Below are positions 49,421 through 61,162 of a stretch of 64,000 bases of DNA, one piece after another. The stretch is taken from assembly GCA_977020255.1 (NCBI GenBank), contig CDROCS010006580.1, forward strand, positions 1-64,000, in the 5' to 3' direction. The notes under the pieces are model-generated. The model worked only from the letters and a program-made list of their open reading frames with translations. It did no database searches and had not been told where the DNA came from. Made by a program: the position numbers and the translations under genes. This stretch comes from Obrimoposthia wandeli (Eukaryota). How positions within the stretch are numbered: the first letter of the stretch is position 1; each line of letters begins with the position of its first letter.

Positions 49421-52400
49421 TTTATTTCTGTGTTAATTTTTTAATATAAAGTATAAATCTAAATATTTGGTGTAGAAATAAAGCTACTTTTGAAAAAAAC
49501 AATTTCCGATATAAGTTATTTGTTTTCGCCAATAATCTCAAAAGTTATACATCTGAAAATAAAACCCAGTAATACTCAGTATTCAATGTATCAGTGTTTT
49601 TGCGAGTGTTAGATCCCTAACATAACTATGCAGAAAAAGAAAGTGAGTTAGAAAACTAAAATTGTAAACAATTCTCGACCAATTCTTCACGAAGGTCAAA
49701 GCGGGGGAATTGTCCATTGGTCTACAAAACACGGTCGATAGTGTAAAAATGTTAATAAATGTTGTGAATACCTTGTTGTACCATGAAATTATTTGTGAAA
49801 CCAAACTTTTCCAAGATGCATAATAAAATATTACTTCATATCATCTTTGAAAGTCACAAACGTTAATTAATTATATTTATGCAAAATACGTCGTACATTA
49901 ATGAACTGAACATAATTTTAAAGCATAAATTAATTTCAATCGATTCAAAAGTTTCTATAGTAGAATAAGTACATAAAACTTTACAAACACTAACATGCAT
50001 ACACATACATATCAGTCGTGTCATCGTAGCCAATTAATCTTGTTAACGAATGAATATTAAATGAGGTAATCTTCTTCAAAGGCCCATCATCTAGACTTGG
50101 GTATCCTAAAGAAAACCTAATCTCTAAAGGACTAAACATTTGAGATATAAGGTTTGATAAAATACTCGTTCTCAGGTAGATAAGTCTTCTCCGAGTGGAA
50201 CATAAATAAAAAATGTTTGGATTAATTTTAATTATAGACGTTATCATCAACGTGGTTAAACTTTTGTATTAAAAGTTTAGTATTTTAAATGTATATGAGC
50301 TCTCCAAATTGTAGGACCTTTGGTTTAGTTTTCATTACAGTTCAAGTTTCTATGTTATTGTAATTTCATTAATAAAGTAATTTATTCATATGAATTAAAA
50401 ATAATCTATACACTACTATTATTTCGGTAAATTATAAATTTATATTTACAGTTAAATTTAGAAAAGTCTACTAAAAATTAAACTTAGATTTCAGATGATA
50501 TTTTCATACACAAAAATATGTTAGGGTTATTTTCTAAGATAAAAGTTAAATGAATAGTTTTATATTAAAAGAACAACAAAATCGATAAATAAAAGCTTTT
50601 CTAAATTTAGATGTTTCTTTTTTCTTTTTAAAGCACACGTCTTTCATACATAATTTTCAGTGATAGTTGTTTATATATATTTAAGGTCTACAACCCTACA
50701 TATTTATCCATTAGATATTAGATATCCAACTCTAATCCTAACGTTAATTCAAATAAGTTCTTTTCCTAATTCTAAAATCTTTCGATAATTTCAGGTTCCA
50801 ACACCCGAATCGAGACTTACTAGAGCTTATTTGACACAAAAGAATATACAGCCAGTTAGAAATAAATTTGAATTTTTTTGAAGAACTTGAAAAAATAAGT
50901 AGAATAAAGAATTCATGTGAATATTAAAACTCTACAACACATATTTTTCTGAAGAATTTTTGGAATATTTTTATGATAAAATGAATAATTTATATAGGTC
51001 AGCTCAATTATTCTCGGCATTACACGCTATACGAGACATAAAAACGAAATTGTAAATGGTAAACGATTTATTACTACTTTTGATATAGTTAAATCAGTTT
51101 TGGGTTTGGGTTTGGATTATTATTTGCATTTTTATGAACATATATTTATTTTATTTTTTCTATAAAATTTGGATATGTTATTTATTTTTGACGATTTTTT
51201 AGTCATATAAATGGAATAGTTTCTTAACAAGAAGTACAACTTATTTACTCTAACTTACTTTATTATGATTTGTGGTGTCAAAGATATGGATTATGTACAA
51301 TTTAAATATACTGAATTGAAAATAATATGTAAATGTCTTTAAGTTGATTTTTCAAGTGATTGAATGAAAAAAAATCGATGTAAATTATTTGGATCTAAGA
51401 GTAACATAAATTATATTAAAGAAATCAAAAGTTTTAGATATGTCAATGAAAATATTAATAATTTAAGAAGAAATTAAAGAATTCTATCGATGAATATAAG
51501 AAATTGTAACAATGTTGAAAAATTCAAGCCTCAGCTGAAATCCTTACTTTATATACAATATTATGAAAGAAGATGTGCATTTGAATTAAAAATTATTAGA
51601 TTTATTAGATATTAGCGCTAAATTAAATATATTATTGTAAAAATGTATTTTCATTCTTTTTCTTTCAGCGACTCCTAGAATAAAAACACTTAGCTAACGG
51701 TCTCCCTTATATCAAGTTGGTAGTAAAATTTAGGTAAAGGTAATAATTGAACAATATTTTTCCATATAATATCGATAATTTTGGCCAAGCGTTTTTGTCT
51801 TTAGTCAGAATATCATTGAATCCACTTCAACCAAATAAGTGAATAAGCAGTAGCAAACAGCGAGCTTCAGTGGATGTAACTGGAAAGTGCTTGGTAACTC
51901 GACGGGCCAATCAAACCATAACGTTATCCTGGTTGTGAAGATTTTCTGCAAAGCGATCCATATGTGGGACCTTGTCCCAGGAATAATTATACAATCCGGG
52001 AAAAATGTCATACAGACAGCGAGAACATTCCTCAAACTCACACTAGCTATATGTTTACAAAAAACGTTACGGCTAATTCAGGAATTGTATAAATTACGAA
52101 ATAATGAAAAATTATCAAAAATATGTTCCTGAGGTTCTTGAGGGTAAAACAGCTCCAACCAGCTGAAAAGGAATATAATTCTGTTAAGAGCGTTTTATGC
52201 TAACTCTGCAGTGTCTTACCTCGCAGTTACCGTAGTCCAATTTCAGCAAGCTCACAAAATTGGAAGGCCTAAATTCGCATGAACGTTTCATATTGTCCCA
52301 GGAACATTTCCAGTCAGTTAACTCTTTATAACCATCGATATTGTATTTTCAATCTTCTAATAGCGTTCATTGCCGTCAGAATAAAAATATGCAATAAAAC

Positions 52401-52825
52401 AATTCCATATTTGATGCCCATATTGAATGGAAAGTAAGCACAGAAAACAACATCATTTTTGATAAATTGTACCAAGTTTGGATAGAAGAGTTTTAGAAGA
52501 TATAACTTTTCTACAAATGCCAGGTATCTCGAGGGAGACTTTAGAGGGATTTAGCCACTAAGTGGTTCGATTAGTCTTTTGTCATTTAAAACATGTCTGA
52601 TGATCGATTTGCGCGTTTCCTCTGACTTGGTACCATAACTGAAGGTTTAGCTCATTCCACACCGTCAGTTCTGTTTACCTAATATGGCCTCTAGTTATTC
52701 GTATTAGATTGTGTTACACATCATTTCCGTTTAAAGTTTGAGAAAATATTGAGAACCTGAAATCCCCAATACTTGTTACCATTCAGTACTCAGCATTGAT
52801 AGCATAGATCTTGTTGTGTCTACAG

Positions 52826-53056
52826 ACAACAGCTTCTTGTTGGCGAGCGCTAAGATCCTCGACTACCCGATCGTGTACTGTAATGACGCCTTCCACAAGC
52901 TGACTGGCTTCAGCAAAGCCGAGATCATGCAGAAAGGAGGCCTTTGTACCTTCCTCCAAGGCGAGTCGACCACCAAAGACAGTGTCAGGGCCATCGAGAC
53001 TGCCATGGAGAAGCAGGAGGTTGATCAAACGGAAACTGTTCTCTACAAGAAGAATA
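52826..53056 (+). CDS. eag: EAG-family channel coding exon 2 (PAS domain)
   Basis: CTACAG acceptor; phase 1 fits exon 1; reads NSFLLASAKILDYPIVYCNDAFHKLTGFSKAEIMQK...VLYKKN. 231 bp, ending at a GTGAGT donor (53057). Confidence 0.95.
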
Positions 53057-53332
53057 GTGAGTTGGTAACAACAGTTTCCTGATTCCAAATTGTTGAACAT
53101 GCAACTTAACATAATTCAAAGACACATAACTATGTTTACTTATACTTCATCATCAAACATTTTCAAATACATTTTGAGGTGGAATTTCTAATTCGAAGTG
53201 ACAACTGATTATATAATTTTGTACTATATATTTTAAATAATCGATATTTTGAACGCTTTGAAGCAATCTGTTTCCTTAATTATTCCTACAGAGATTGATA
53301 TTTGTTATTAGAAGTTTCTTTCAATAACAAAT

Positions 53333-53741
53333 CAGGGCTTCCCAATCTTTTCTGGATCCGGCACTCTGCAACATTATTTCTAATAACACTGACACCCTAT
53401 TTTCAAGATAAATAAATAAATTTAAGACAAAATGTAAACCACACAAAATTTATTAATATCAATTTTTTTCCAAGCTCAACCAGCTAGAGGTTAAATATTT
53501 AGTTGGATTGAGTTTAGCATTTTGAACTTCAGACCACCGCTTTTGTAGATTTTAAATTAAAAATATAAATGTTGTTAACTACGATTGGGTTGTCAAGCTT
53601 TAGCTCGTAAAGGGATCACATTGGAAATAAAAATATTCTGCATGTTTTTGTTGTAGTTAATATTAATTTTGATAAAGATTATGCCAGGTTTATTTGAAAT
53701 AGTGTTGGGGTGCCGGATCCAGAAAAGGTTGGGATGTATTT
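53333..53741. mobile_element. hAT-type MITE with ~45-bp imperfect TIRs
   Basis: CAGGGCTTCCCAATCTTTTCTGGATCCGGCAC at 53333 pairs with GTGCCGGATCCAGAAAAGGTTGGGA at ~53710-53734. The right tip is eroded and no TSD is seen. Confidence 0.75.
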
Positions 53742-54197
53742 TATAACTTCAAAAAATATCCAATTACTTTTAAATATTTAGAACATTGTTATAAAAATAT
53801 ATTTAAATTAAAGTACACTCTTTAATCATCAGCCATTATTTAGCCTAGTTGAAATTTTAACGTCGGTAATTCAATGCATTTGTAAAATGTGCATAACGTA
53901 CTTATTAGTTAATTCAGAATTATAAATTTTCATTAATTGTCAGATATGTACTTGAATATCCACAGTTGTTACTCTACGCTGTTGCGATTACATTTCAACA
54001 ATACAAAAAATTGATTTACATTTTAATTCGGGCCACTTTGGATTGCTTCTTCTTCGAGATCTTGAATTTACATGTTTAACACTAATAATGAATTCATTAA
54101 GCCATCGCTGAATATTTAATTCTTTCATTGAGAAATTTTTCGCTGTGACACGAATTTATTTACTTATTTTGGTTTGTTTATCTTTACTTTTCGTTTT

Positions 54198-55181
54198 TGT
54201 ATATGTTGCGTTGAATGTACATAATCACAAATAAATAATTTATATCTGTTTTATAACTATTTTTAACATTTTTTTAACAACATGAGATTATTTTTATTGT
54301 TTTTACAATATTTTTAATAATTTTTTAATTTTATAGATTTATTTTAGAAATATAATATTAAAATAAGTATGGTCATATTAATAAATTTTATTTATTTTAT
54401 TTTATTTTAGAAGATAATTGTCTGATTTGAGCATTTTGAATAAGACACGAAAAGATAAGCGTATTTTTGTGAACTTCGAAAAGTAAAAGAGTGCAGATAA
54501 GATAATAGAATATTCGAATCGCTTAGTAGAAAAGGATTGCGTACGGGTTCCTATTCCTGGTGTTGATCGAGGAAGAAGTGATCCAGGGAATCTTATAGGA
54601 GTTGTTTCTATGGTCATTGATGGAAGTTATGAAATTGCTACATCTAGTGGTTATTTAAAGAGCCGTTTTAGCAGAAATCAAGTCGAAAAATGTAACAATA
54701 GACTTATTGAGCTTGAAGATGTACCTGCAAATGTAATTTCTCTGAGATCGGCTATAAAAGAGCAGTCGATAGGGGATGGCCAAGGGTACATTAAATGCTT
54801 TTACAAGGGAGAATGTGTTACAAGACGATGTAAATGTGTAAAAATTAATTTAAAATGCAATTCAAGATGTAATAATTCACTTATCTGTAGAAATAAATAG
54901 ATTAATATTTTGTTCTTCTTAATTAAGACATTGGATATTAAAGATTAAAATTATAAATTAATAAATATTTATTAAAAAATATTATATTATTAAAATTAAA
55001 TACTTTTTATTTTAAAAATTAAATATTTATAGTTATAAATTTAAATTTATAATTTAAATTCTCATATCTAATTAATTTAAAAAAATAAGTAGAAATATTA
55101 ATTAAAAGAATGTTAAAAATAGTTATAAAACAGATATAAATTATTTATTTGTGATTATGTACATTCAACGCAACATATACA
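54198..55181 (+). mobile_element. Internally deleted Ginger-like DNA transposon (KRBA2/SCAND3-type integrase C-terminus) with ~80-bp TIRs
   Basis: Near-perfect TIRs TGTATATGTTGCGTTGAATGTACATAATCAC... at 54198-54277 and 55104-55181 (TGT...ACA). Inside: VRVPIPGVDRGRSDPGNLIGVV...GQGYIKC...RCKC...CNSRC...CRNK*. The superfamily name is inference. Confidence 0.75.
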
Positions 55182-55386
55182 ACTTTATATTCATTATTTT
55201 CTATATTTTAGTTTTTAATACACCTTTACACAAATTGTAAACTTAAATAATGTGACTTATAAACGGGTGTGGCCGCAAATTAGGGTTACAATTATATACT
55301 TCTTTTCGCAAATTTAAATTGATTTCATAAAATAATGAGCATGTCATAGATTTAGGGATTCGTTTAATATATTTCGATGTTTTCAG

Positions 55387-55521
55387 AAACGAAATTATCC
55401 ATTCTTCTCAAAGTCAGTCCCATACGAAATGACAAAAATCATGTGATTCTATTTCTGCTGACTTTCCGGGATTTGACAGCGTTCAAACAAATGAACGAGG
55501 AAGAGGAAAATTCGGCCGAAA
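55387..55521 (+). CDS. eag: EAG-family channel coding exon 3 (PAC end of PAS)
   Basis: TTTTCAG acceptor; phase 1; KTKLSILLKVSPIRNDKNHVILFLLTFRDLTAFKQMNEEEENSAE matches EAG PIRN...VxLFLxTFxDxTAFKQ. GTAGGT donor at 55522. Confidence 0.9.
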
Positions 55522-56664
55522 GTAGGTTTGATTTCATTCTAAGTTATCTCATGTCACCTGTAAAGTTTCCGATTTCCCAATAGTCTTCCGAATGCACGGA
55601 TGAATATCTGTTCAGATTTTAGTCACTAGCAGATTTTTTCTTTGAAGTTTTTGATGAATTTATTAATTGGGATATGTGCTCAGAATAAGTGGCTTTTGTA
55701 AATGATCTCTTTGAAATTATGGTGAGAGTCTACTATTAATTTAAGTTGGAGCTATTTTCATTATACCAGATTAGTTTATTTCATACTAATCGACCTTCAT
55801 TATCAAAGCACATAAAACTTTAAAGTTGGTAATGTATTTTGAAAATAAATATCAATTTTATATGTGACCTTTTGTCCTTTGCATAGAGACCAACTTAATG
55901 TATATTTACTTTTAAAATATTTTAATAAAATTATCAAAGGTTCTACCAAAAGAGGGACGCTAGCATATTGAAAGTTTGCCATTTCAAAACATTTGAAGTT
56001 GGACATTTATGAAACGAGCCTTTATATACAACTTCCAAATTAGTAAACAAAAACATTTGGTGTTATATACATCAATAGAGATAGTTTGTAATTCTTATAT
56101 GACATAAAAACGAAGGCTTGAATATGAGGCTACTTTTAAAATAGTGCAGTAGTGAAGAAATTATGTGAAATAATTTAAATAATAACGGAGAAATATATTT
56201 ATTATGAAATTGGTGCGGTGGTCAACCGGAGTTGATAAGGATGACCTTGTGATGTTTATGCTGCATGAGTTCACACCAAGTCCACGAGAGATAGTGCTGA
56301 GTGAGGTGAAAGTGAACCAAGGAACGAAGGTCAGCTTGTACAACGAGGGACAAATAAAAAAACAATCGACAAGTCGGTCAATCATGATTATCCTTAATCT
56401 ATGACTTCAATAATTTACTATAACTAGTTATAGTTGGATATAAGTTTGTTAAAATTATTTTGTGGAAGTAAAACACCACAAGTTGTAAATAAATGAAAAC
56501 AGAGAAACACATTGCAGGAAGACCAATAAAATAGATGGGAGGATATAATATAATAGTTTAGGAAAACAGATAGAGAGTTCTGTTGCGATATAAATAATTC
56601 TGGTAAGATAAAATTGTTAAACTGTTTTAGTAATTTGATTCTAAATGTATTGCAAACTTTAGAG

Positions 56665-56899
56665 CAGTGGGTTTCAACCTTTTTGCTGTTGCGACACACT
56701 CAAAATGTTTTATATATCTCGCCGCACATCATGGTTAGAGGTGTCGAACCCGTTTTATCTCGCCATTGAGTCATTCACATTCAGAAGTTCTTTTATTCTT
56801 TAAAATTATCTGGTGTTGCCACCCTAAAATTTTTAAAATCATATAAATTTTTATACGACACTTGTATGACGTTCGCAACTCACTGCTTGAGAAACATTG
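56665..56899. mobile_element. hAT (Buster/Charlie-type) MITE
   Basis: Ends CAGTGGGTTTCAACC and GCTTGAGAAACATTG. Flanks CTTTAGAG / GTCTAGGG both fit nnnTAnnn and match at 5 of 8 positions. Confidence 0.65.
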
Positions 56900-58339
56900 G
56901 TCTAGGGAGATGACATGGTCTGTTCAGTGAATTTTAAGATAAAAGCATTTCTTATTGATATTAAATATTTTGCCTAACACATCAAATTTATATTATTTTT
57001 CCTATGTCATATATTTCATAACAGACTTAACCTTCATATAAGTAAAGTCCTGCCACTTATAGAATTTACATTTAGGGGTCTTCAGTAGAAGATTTAAGTT
57101 AATTAGTATACCCCTACAAATAAAAATATATATAGAAAATAATTTTTACTTTTCGAAAGCTCGGTTATTCGAAATCAGAATTCCAACATCGTTAAATTAA
57201 ACTCAAACCATTACTCATATCTCAACAGATGTCATGTGGAAATTTCAATTCAATAATAGATTCCATCTTCTTGAGGGATTCAAAAACAAGGTACAAAAAA
57301 CTCGCTCTGAAAATTGTTTCTGTTCCTTTATCTCAATATTTAAATATTTCAATTTCAAAATTTTCAATGTAATAATCATAAAGATCTAGTTATTGAAAAC
57401 TTTCAAATAGTAAGCTCATTTGGAGAAGCATATTTTGGTTCTTTGATTTCTGTCTCCAGGAAAATTGAAATGAAAATGGACATATGTTGAAATATTGGAT
57501 ATGATATGTGTAAAAGTTGACAACATTCAAGTTATGTTTTTGAACCATTGAATCTTGACCCAAATCACCAAATATGGGTTAAAATTTAAAAATTATTAAA
57601 AGTTTAAACCTAAATATTTTTTAGGAAATTTAGGATTTAAAGTAAAGATTTGTTAAAAAAAAATTTAATATTAAAATAAAGTTTGGAATAATTTCAAATA
57701 TTTATGTAGTTTTGATTATATTTTTAAATAATTTTAAATATGAATATATTTTGATCCCTTTTTTGTATTGAAATTGAAAACAGTTTAGCCCTACTATTTG
57801 ATGTAAAATAAGTCTTTTACAAGTTATTTTTTTACATGTTTCACTATGACATTATATTAAGCGTTTATATAATTCGTTGAATAATATTTAATTTAAAAAT
57901 AATCCATTTGTTTATATAAGTTAATTAAATCTTACACAAATTTATTTTCAAATCAAGTTTGTATTTTAAATAAGGTAAAATATTTTTCTCATGTATTTTT
58001 TATGCTCTACATTCTATGAACATTAAAATTCCTCAAAGAAAATATTAAAATTTTGCAGAAAAAATAGAAATTTGAAAAAACAATATTTAGTTAGAAAAAT
58101 CAAATTATATGAAACATAAAACATAATGAGAAAAATTCAAATTTGGAAAGCATAAAAAAGAAAAGTGCAATTTTTGTTGTTGTTGTTCGTAAGAGATGAC
58201 TTCGTGATTTGGTCAGAAAAAAATGTTATGTACCTATTTGACTTTTATAATGAAAATAAAACAATTAAATTAATATCTAAACAATAAAAAACACTTTGAA
58301 TTTCTTAAAAAAATAATTAAAAAATTAAGTCAAATCAAG

Positions 58340-58620
58340 AAAATTATCTCAAAATGTTCTATCAGGCTCTGTCAGTTTTACACAACGAAAATAACTTTTT
58401 CCAACAAGATAATACTCCTAATATACTTCAAAGGAATCGAAAACAATAATATATAAGTAATGGACTGACCAGCTATTTCTCCTGGTCATCATTTGGATAT
58501 TTTAAGGAATTTTAGGAAGAAGATTATTTAATACAACTTCAACAATATTAGTCAATTAAAACAAGCCCTGACGAAGAAGTGGGAAAATTGGAAAACTAAT
58601 AGTTTTCTTATCTCTATAAA
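58340..58620 (+). mobile_element. Tc1-like transposase remnant
   Basis: FQQDNTP, VMD*PAISP (W-P-x-x-SPD-like) and LKQALTKKWE in order. Confidence 0.6.
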
Positions 58621-60150
58621 TCTTTCTGGGCTTTTGTGTAATGTTTTGATTAAGAAATGGACTCGTGGTGCTTAAAGCATGTAAAGTTGAGTTCGTTCTA
58701 GTATTTATTTTAAATAACACAATGTGGCTCTACAGTTACTTAACAGTTAGAGAACCCTTAAAATAGAAAGCGAACTGTTTGTAATAAAATAACAACTTAA
58801 TGTAACAAATTTAAAATGAATAGACGAAACAATAAAATAGCTTTCTGTAAATGGATAATAATTTAAATAATATAACTAATTTTTTTGAAAATTGTGAAAT
58901 ATACGGTGGCAATAAAGTTTTGTAACGAAGCATACAAACAGAAAATAAATTTTCAAAATAAAATTTGTTAAAGTTAGAAAACTTCATGTATTAAATATAT
59001 AACGAAAATTTCTTTATTTTCTTTCATTTTAACCTGAAAACTTATTAAAGTTTAATCAAGCCTCAAGAAAACATTGAACTGCATTTATATAATAAAAACT
59101 GAGAGAGAGAAAAACTAAATTTCAGTTTTAATATCAAGTTTTGACAGTCTTTTCAATATCTAATTGAAATGTCTGGTTCTGATATTTGAAATAGATTGGC
59201 TTTTTGTTTTATGGAATGAAGGATATCAGTTAACTTGAAATTGGCTCTGAGAATTGGTTTCATTTGGGTTTTATCATTTTGACTTCAAGTTTAATAAATA
59301 AAATAAACAATTAATAACTTTTAAAAATATTCCCCCTTTCTATAGTTATTTTATAGTTCTAGTCTAAATGTGTTAAATTATTAAAAAATGTTATTGAAAA
59401 AAATCCAAATCAGAACTTTGAAATATGGGCATGATCAGAAAACATATTTATATACACAAAATAGCGATTTTACACATGAAACACTATGTTGAGTTATAAT
59501 AACTAATTTAAGTACGATCTGTTTTGAAAATATTAAATGTTTGTATTTGTTTCTAATAGATGGATATATGTCGAAATAACTATTGACAAAGGCATTAACT
59601 TTATATTTTTAGAAAACGCCTAACTTTTAAATTTGAGCTTTATAGCTTTAAATATCTTAATTTAAAAAATTAAAACTCATCGAAAAATCAGTATTATTTA
59701 GTTAAGAAGAGACAGTATAAACTTAGCTAATCAAAACGTTTACTTATTTCTTTGTAACAGTGAAATAAATTAAAGGAAAATAGTTGTAAATCCTTAATCC
59801 ATTAGGCTTGGATTTACTGACGTCTTTTATTACTAAACTATCAATTTTTTTATATCTTTAGGAAACATTAGTAACAATTTAGTCGATTATAAACTGTTAA
59901 TTGTATTAAATGGCTGCATTAAAGTCCTGCTTCTCGGTATTGATATTCACAAAAACAATTTGATATGAAGTTGCGTTACTATTAACGTTTATAGAATTGG
60001 AAATATTTTCTCTCTCGTTTTATGATTAAATATTTCTCTATATTCACTTTCAACTTATTCAAGTGATGCACATATTTTCAGTGATTTGAATTTTCTCCAC
60101 GAACAAGGTTTACAAATTTAATTACTATTTCATCCAACAATATCAACTTG

Positions 60151-60264
60151 CAAATTATACACAAAGAACTGACATCTTAGAAAATATCAAATTATACACA
60201 AAGAACTGACATCTTAGAAAATATAAAATTATACACAAAGAACTGACATCTTAGAAAATATCAA
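60151..60264 (+). repeat. Three-copy 37-bp tandem repeat
   Basis: CAAATTATACACAAAGAACTGACATCTTAGAAAATAT at 60151, 60188 and 60225. Confidence 0.95.
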
Positions 60265-60699
60265 AATCGTATTAACATATTTTTTGAAATTTCTAATGAT
60301 GACAAATTGTAAACATATCACAGATACAAAGTGGATGTTTCTTTATATGAAATGCACTTCTCTCAAATATAAAATCTAACGAATAATGTAACTAAACTAT
60401 CTAAAACATGACCAGATTCCAAATTGCTGGAGAAGAAAACGTTTTGTTTTTATTTACAAAAATAATTCTCAAATTGTTATTCAAATATTGTTGCGAAATT
60501 TTGAAAATGAGGCTTTCAAGGAGTTCAAATTTAAATTCATATTGAAATGTAGTATTTAACATAATAACAGAACTAATAAAAATAAATATATTTATTACTC
60601 AACATCAATTCCTTTTTCCATTATTTTCTGAATAGTTATGTGATTAGCTGATTCTTGCATTATCAACATTGTTACAGTTTCTTATATTCATCGATAGAT

Positions 60700-61162
60700 T
60701 GTTAGCAGGTACAAATCAATACATTCGTCATCGCCACTTTGAAACCAAACGCCCCATTCTCGCCAAATCGAATGAAAATCGAATGAAAATGAAAAGAAAA
60801 TAGAAGCGGTTAAGTGAAGAACAGCCAATTTTAAAGAATAACTCCACGGAAAGTAAGACAGTTACTAAGATAGCCTTCCAAATCTCAAGAGAAATTGCTG
60901 ACGTTGAGATGTGCAAACAAGCATCGTTCTTGTCTGACTAACGACCACTTGGAAGTCATTTTGCAAACTTCAACGTCAAATATGACTCCCGAATACGAAT
61001 AGCTTGCTAACGAAAAGAGATATATATTTCTCATTGAATGTCATTATTAAACAAATTTAAACTACTTATTTGTTATTTTCTCATTTGCGTATATATTTAT
61101 GTGGCCCTCAAAATTTTAATATTATTTTTATGACCTTTTCACTTTTGAGTTGTAGGACCCTG
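60700..61162 (+). mobile_element. hAT (GTF2IRD2/SPIN-like) fragment with right terminus
   Basis: RHFETK...KIAFQISREIA resembles the hAT N-terminal region. It ends TTTGAGTTGTAGGACCCTG, followed by GTTTATAT (nnnTAnnn). Confidence 0.55.

Noticed and set aside
51700-52720. Coding-like segment just before exon 2 (ORFs 51805, 51887)
   Set aside because: No KCNH similarity and ambiguous piggyBac/hAT-like hints; left unassigned.
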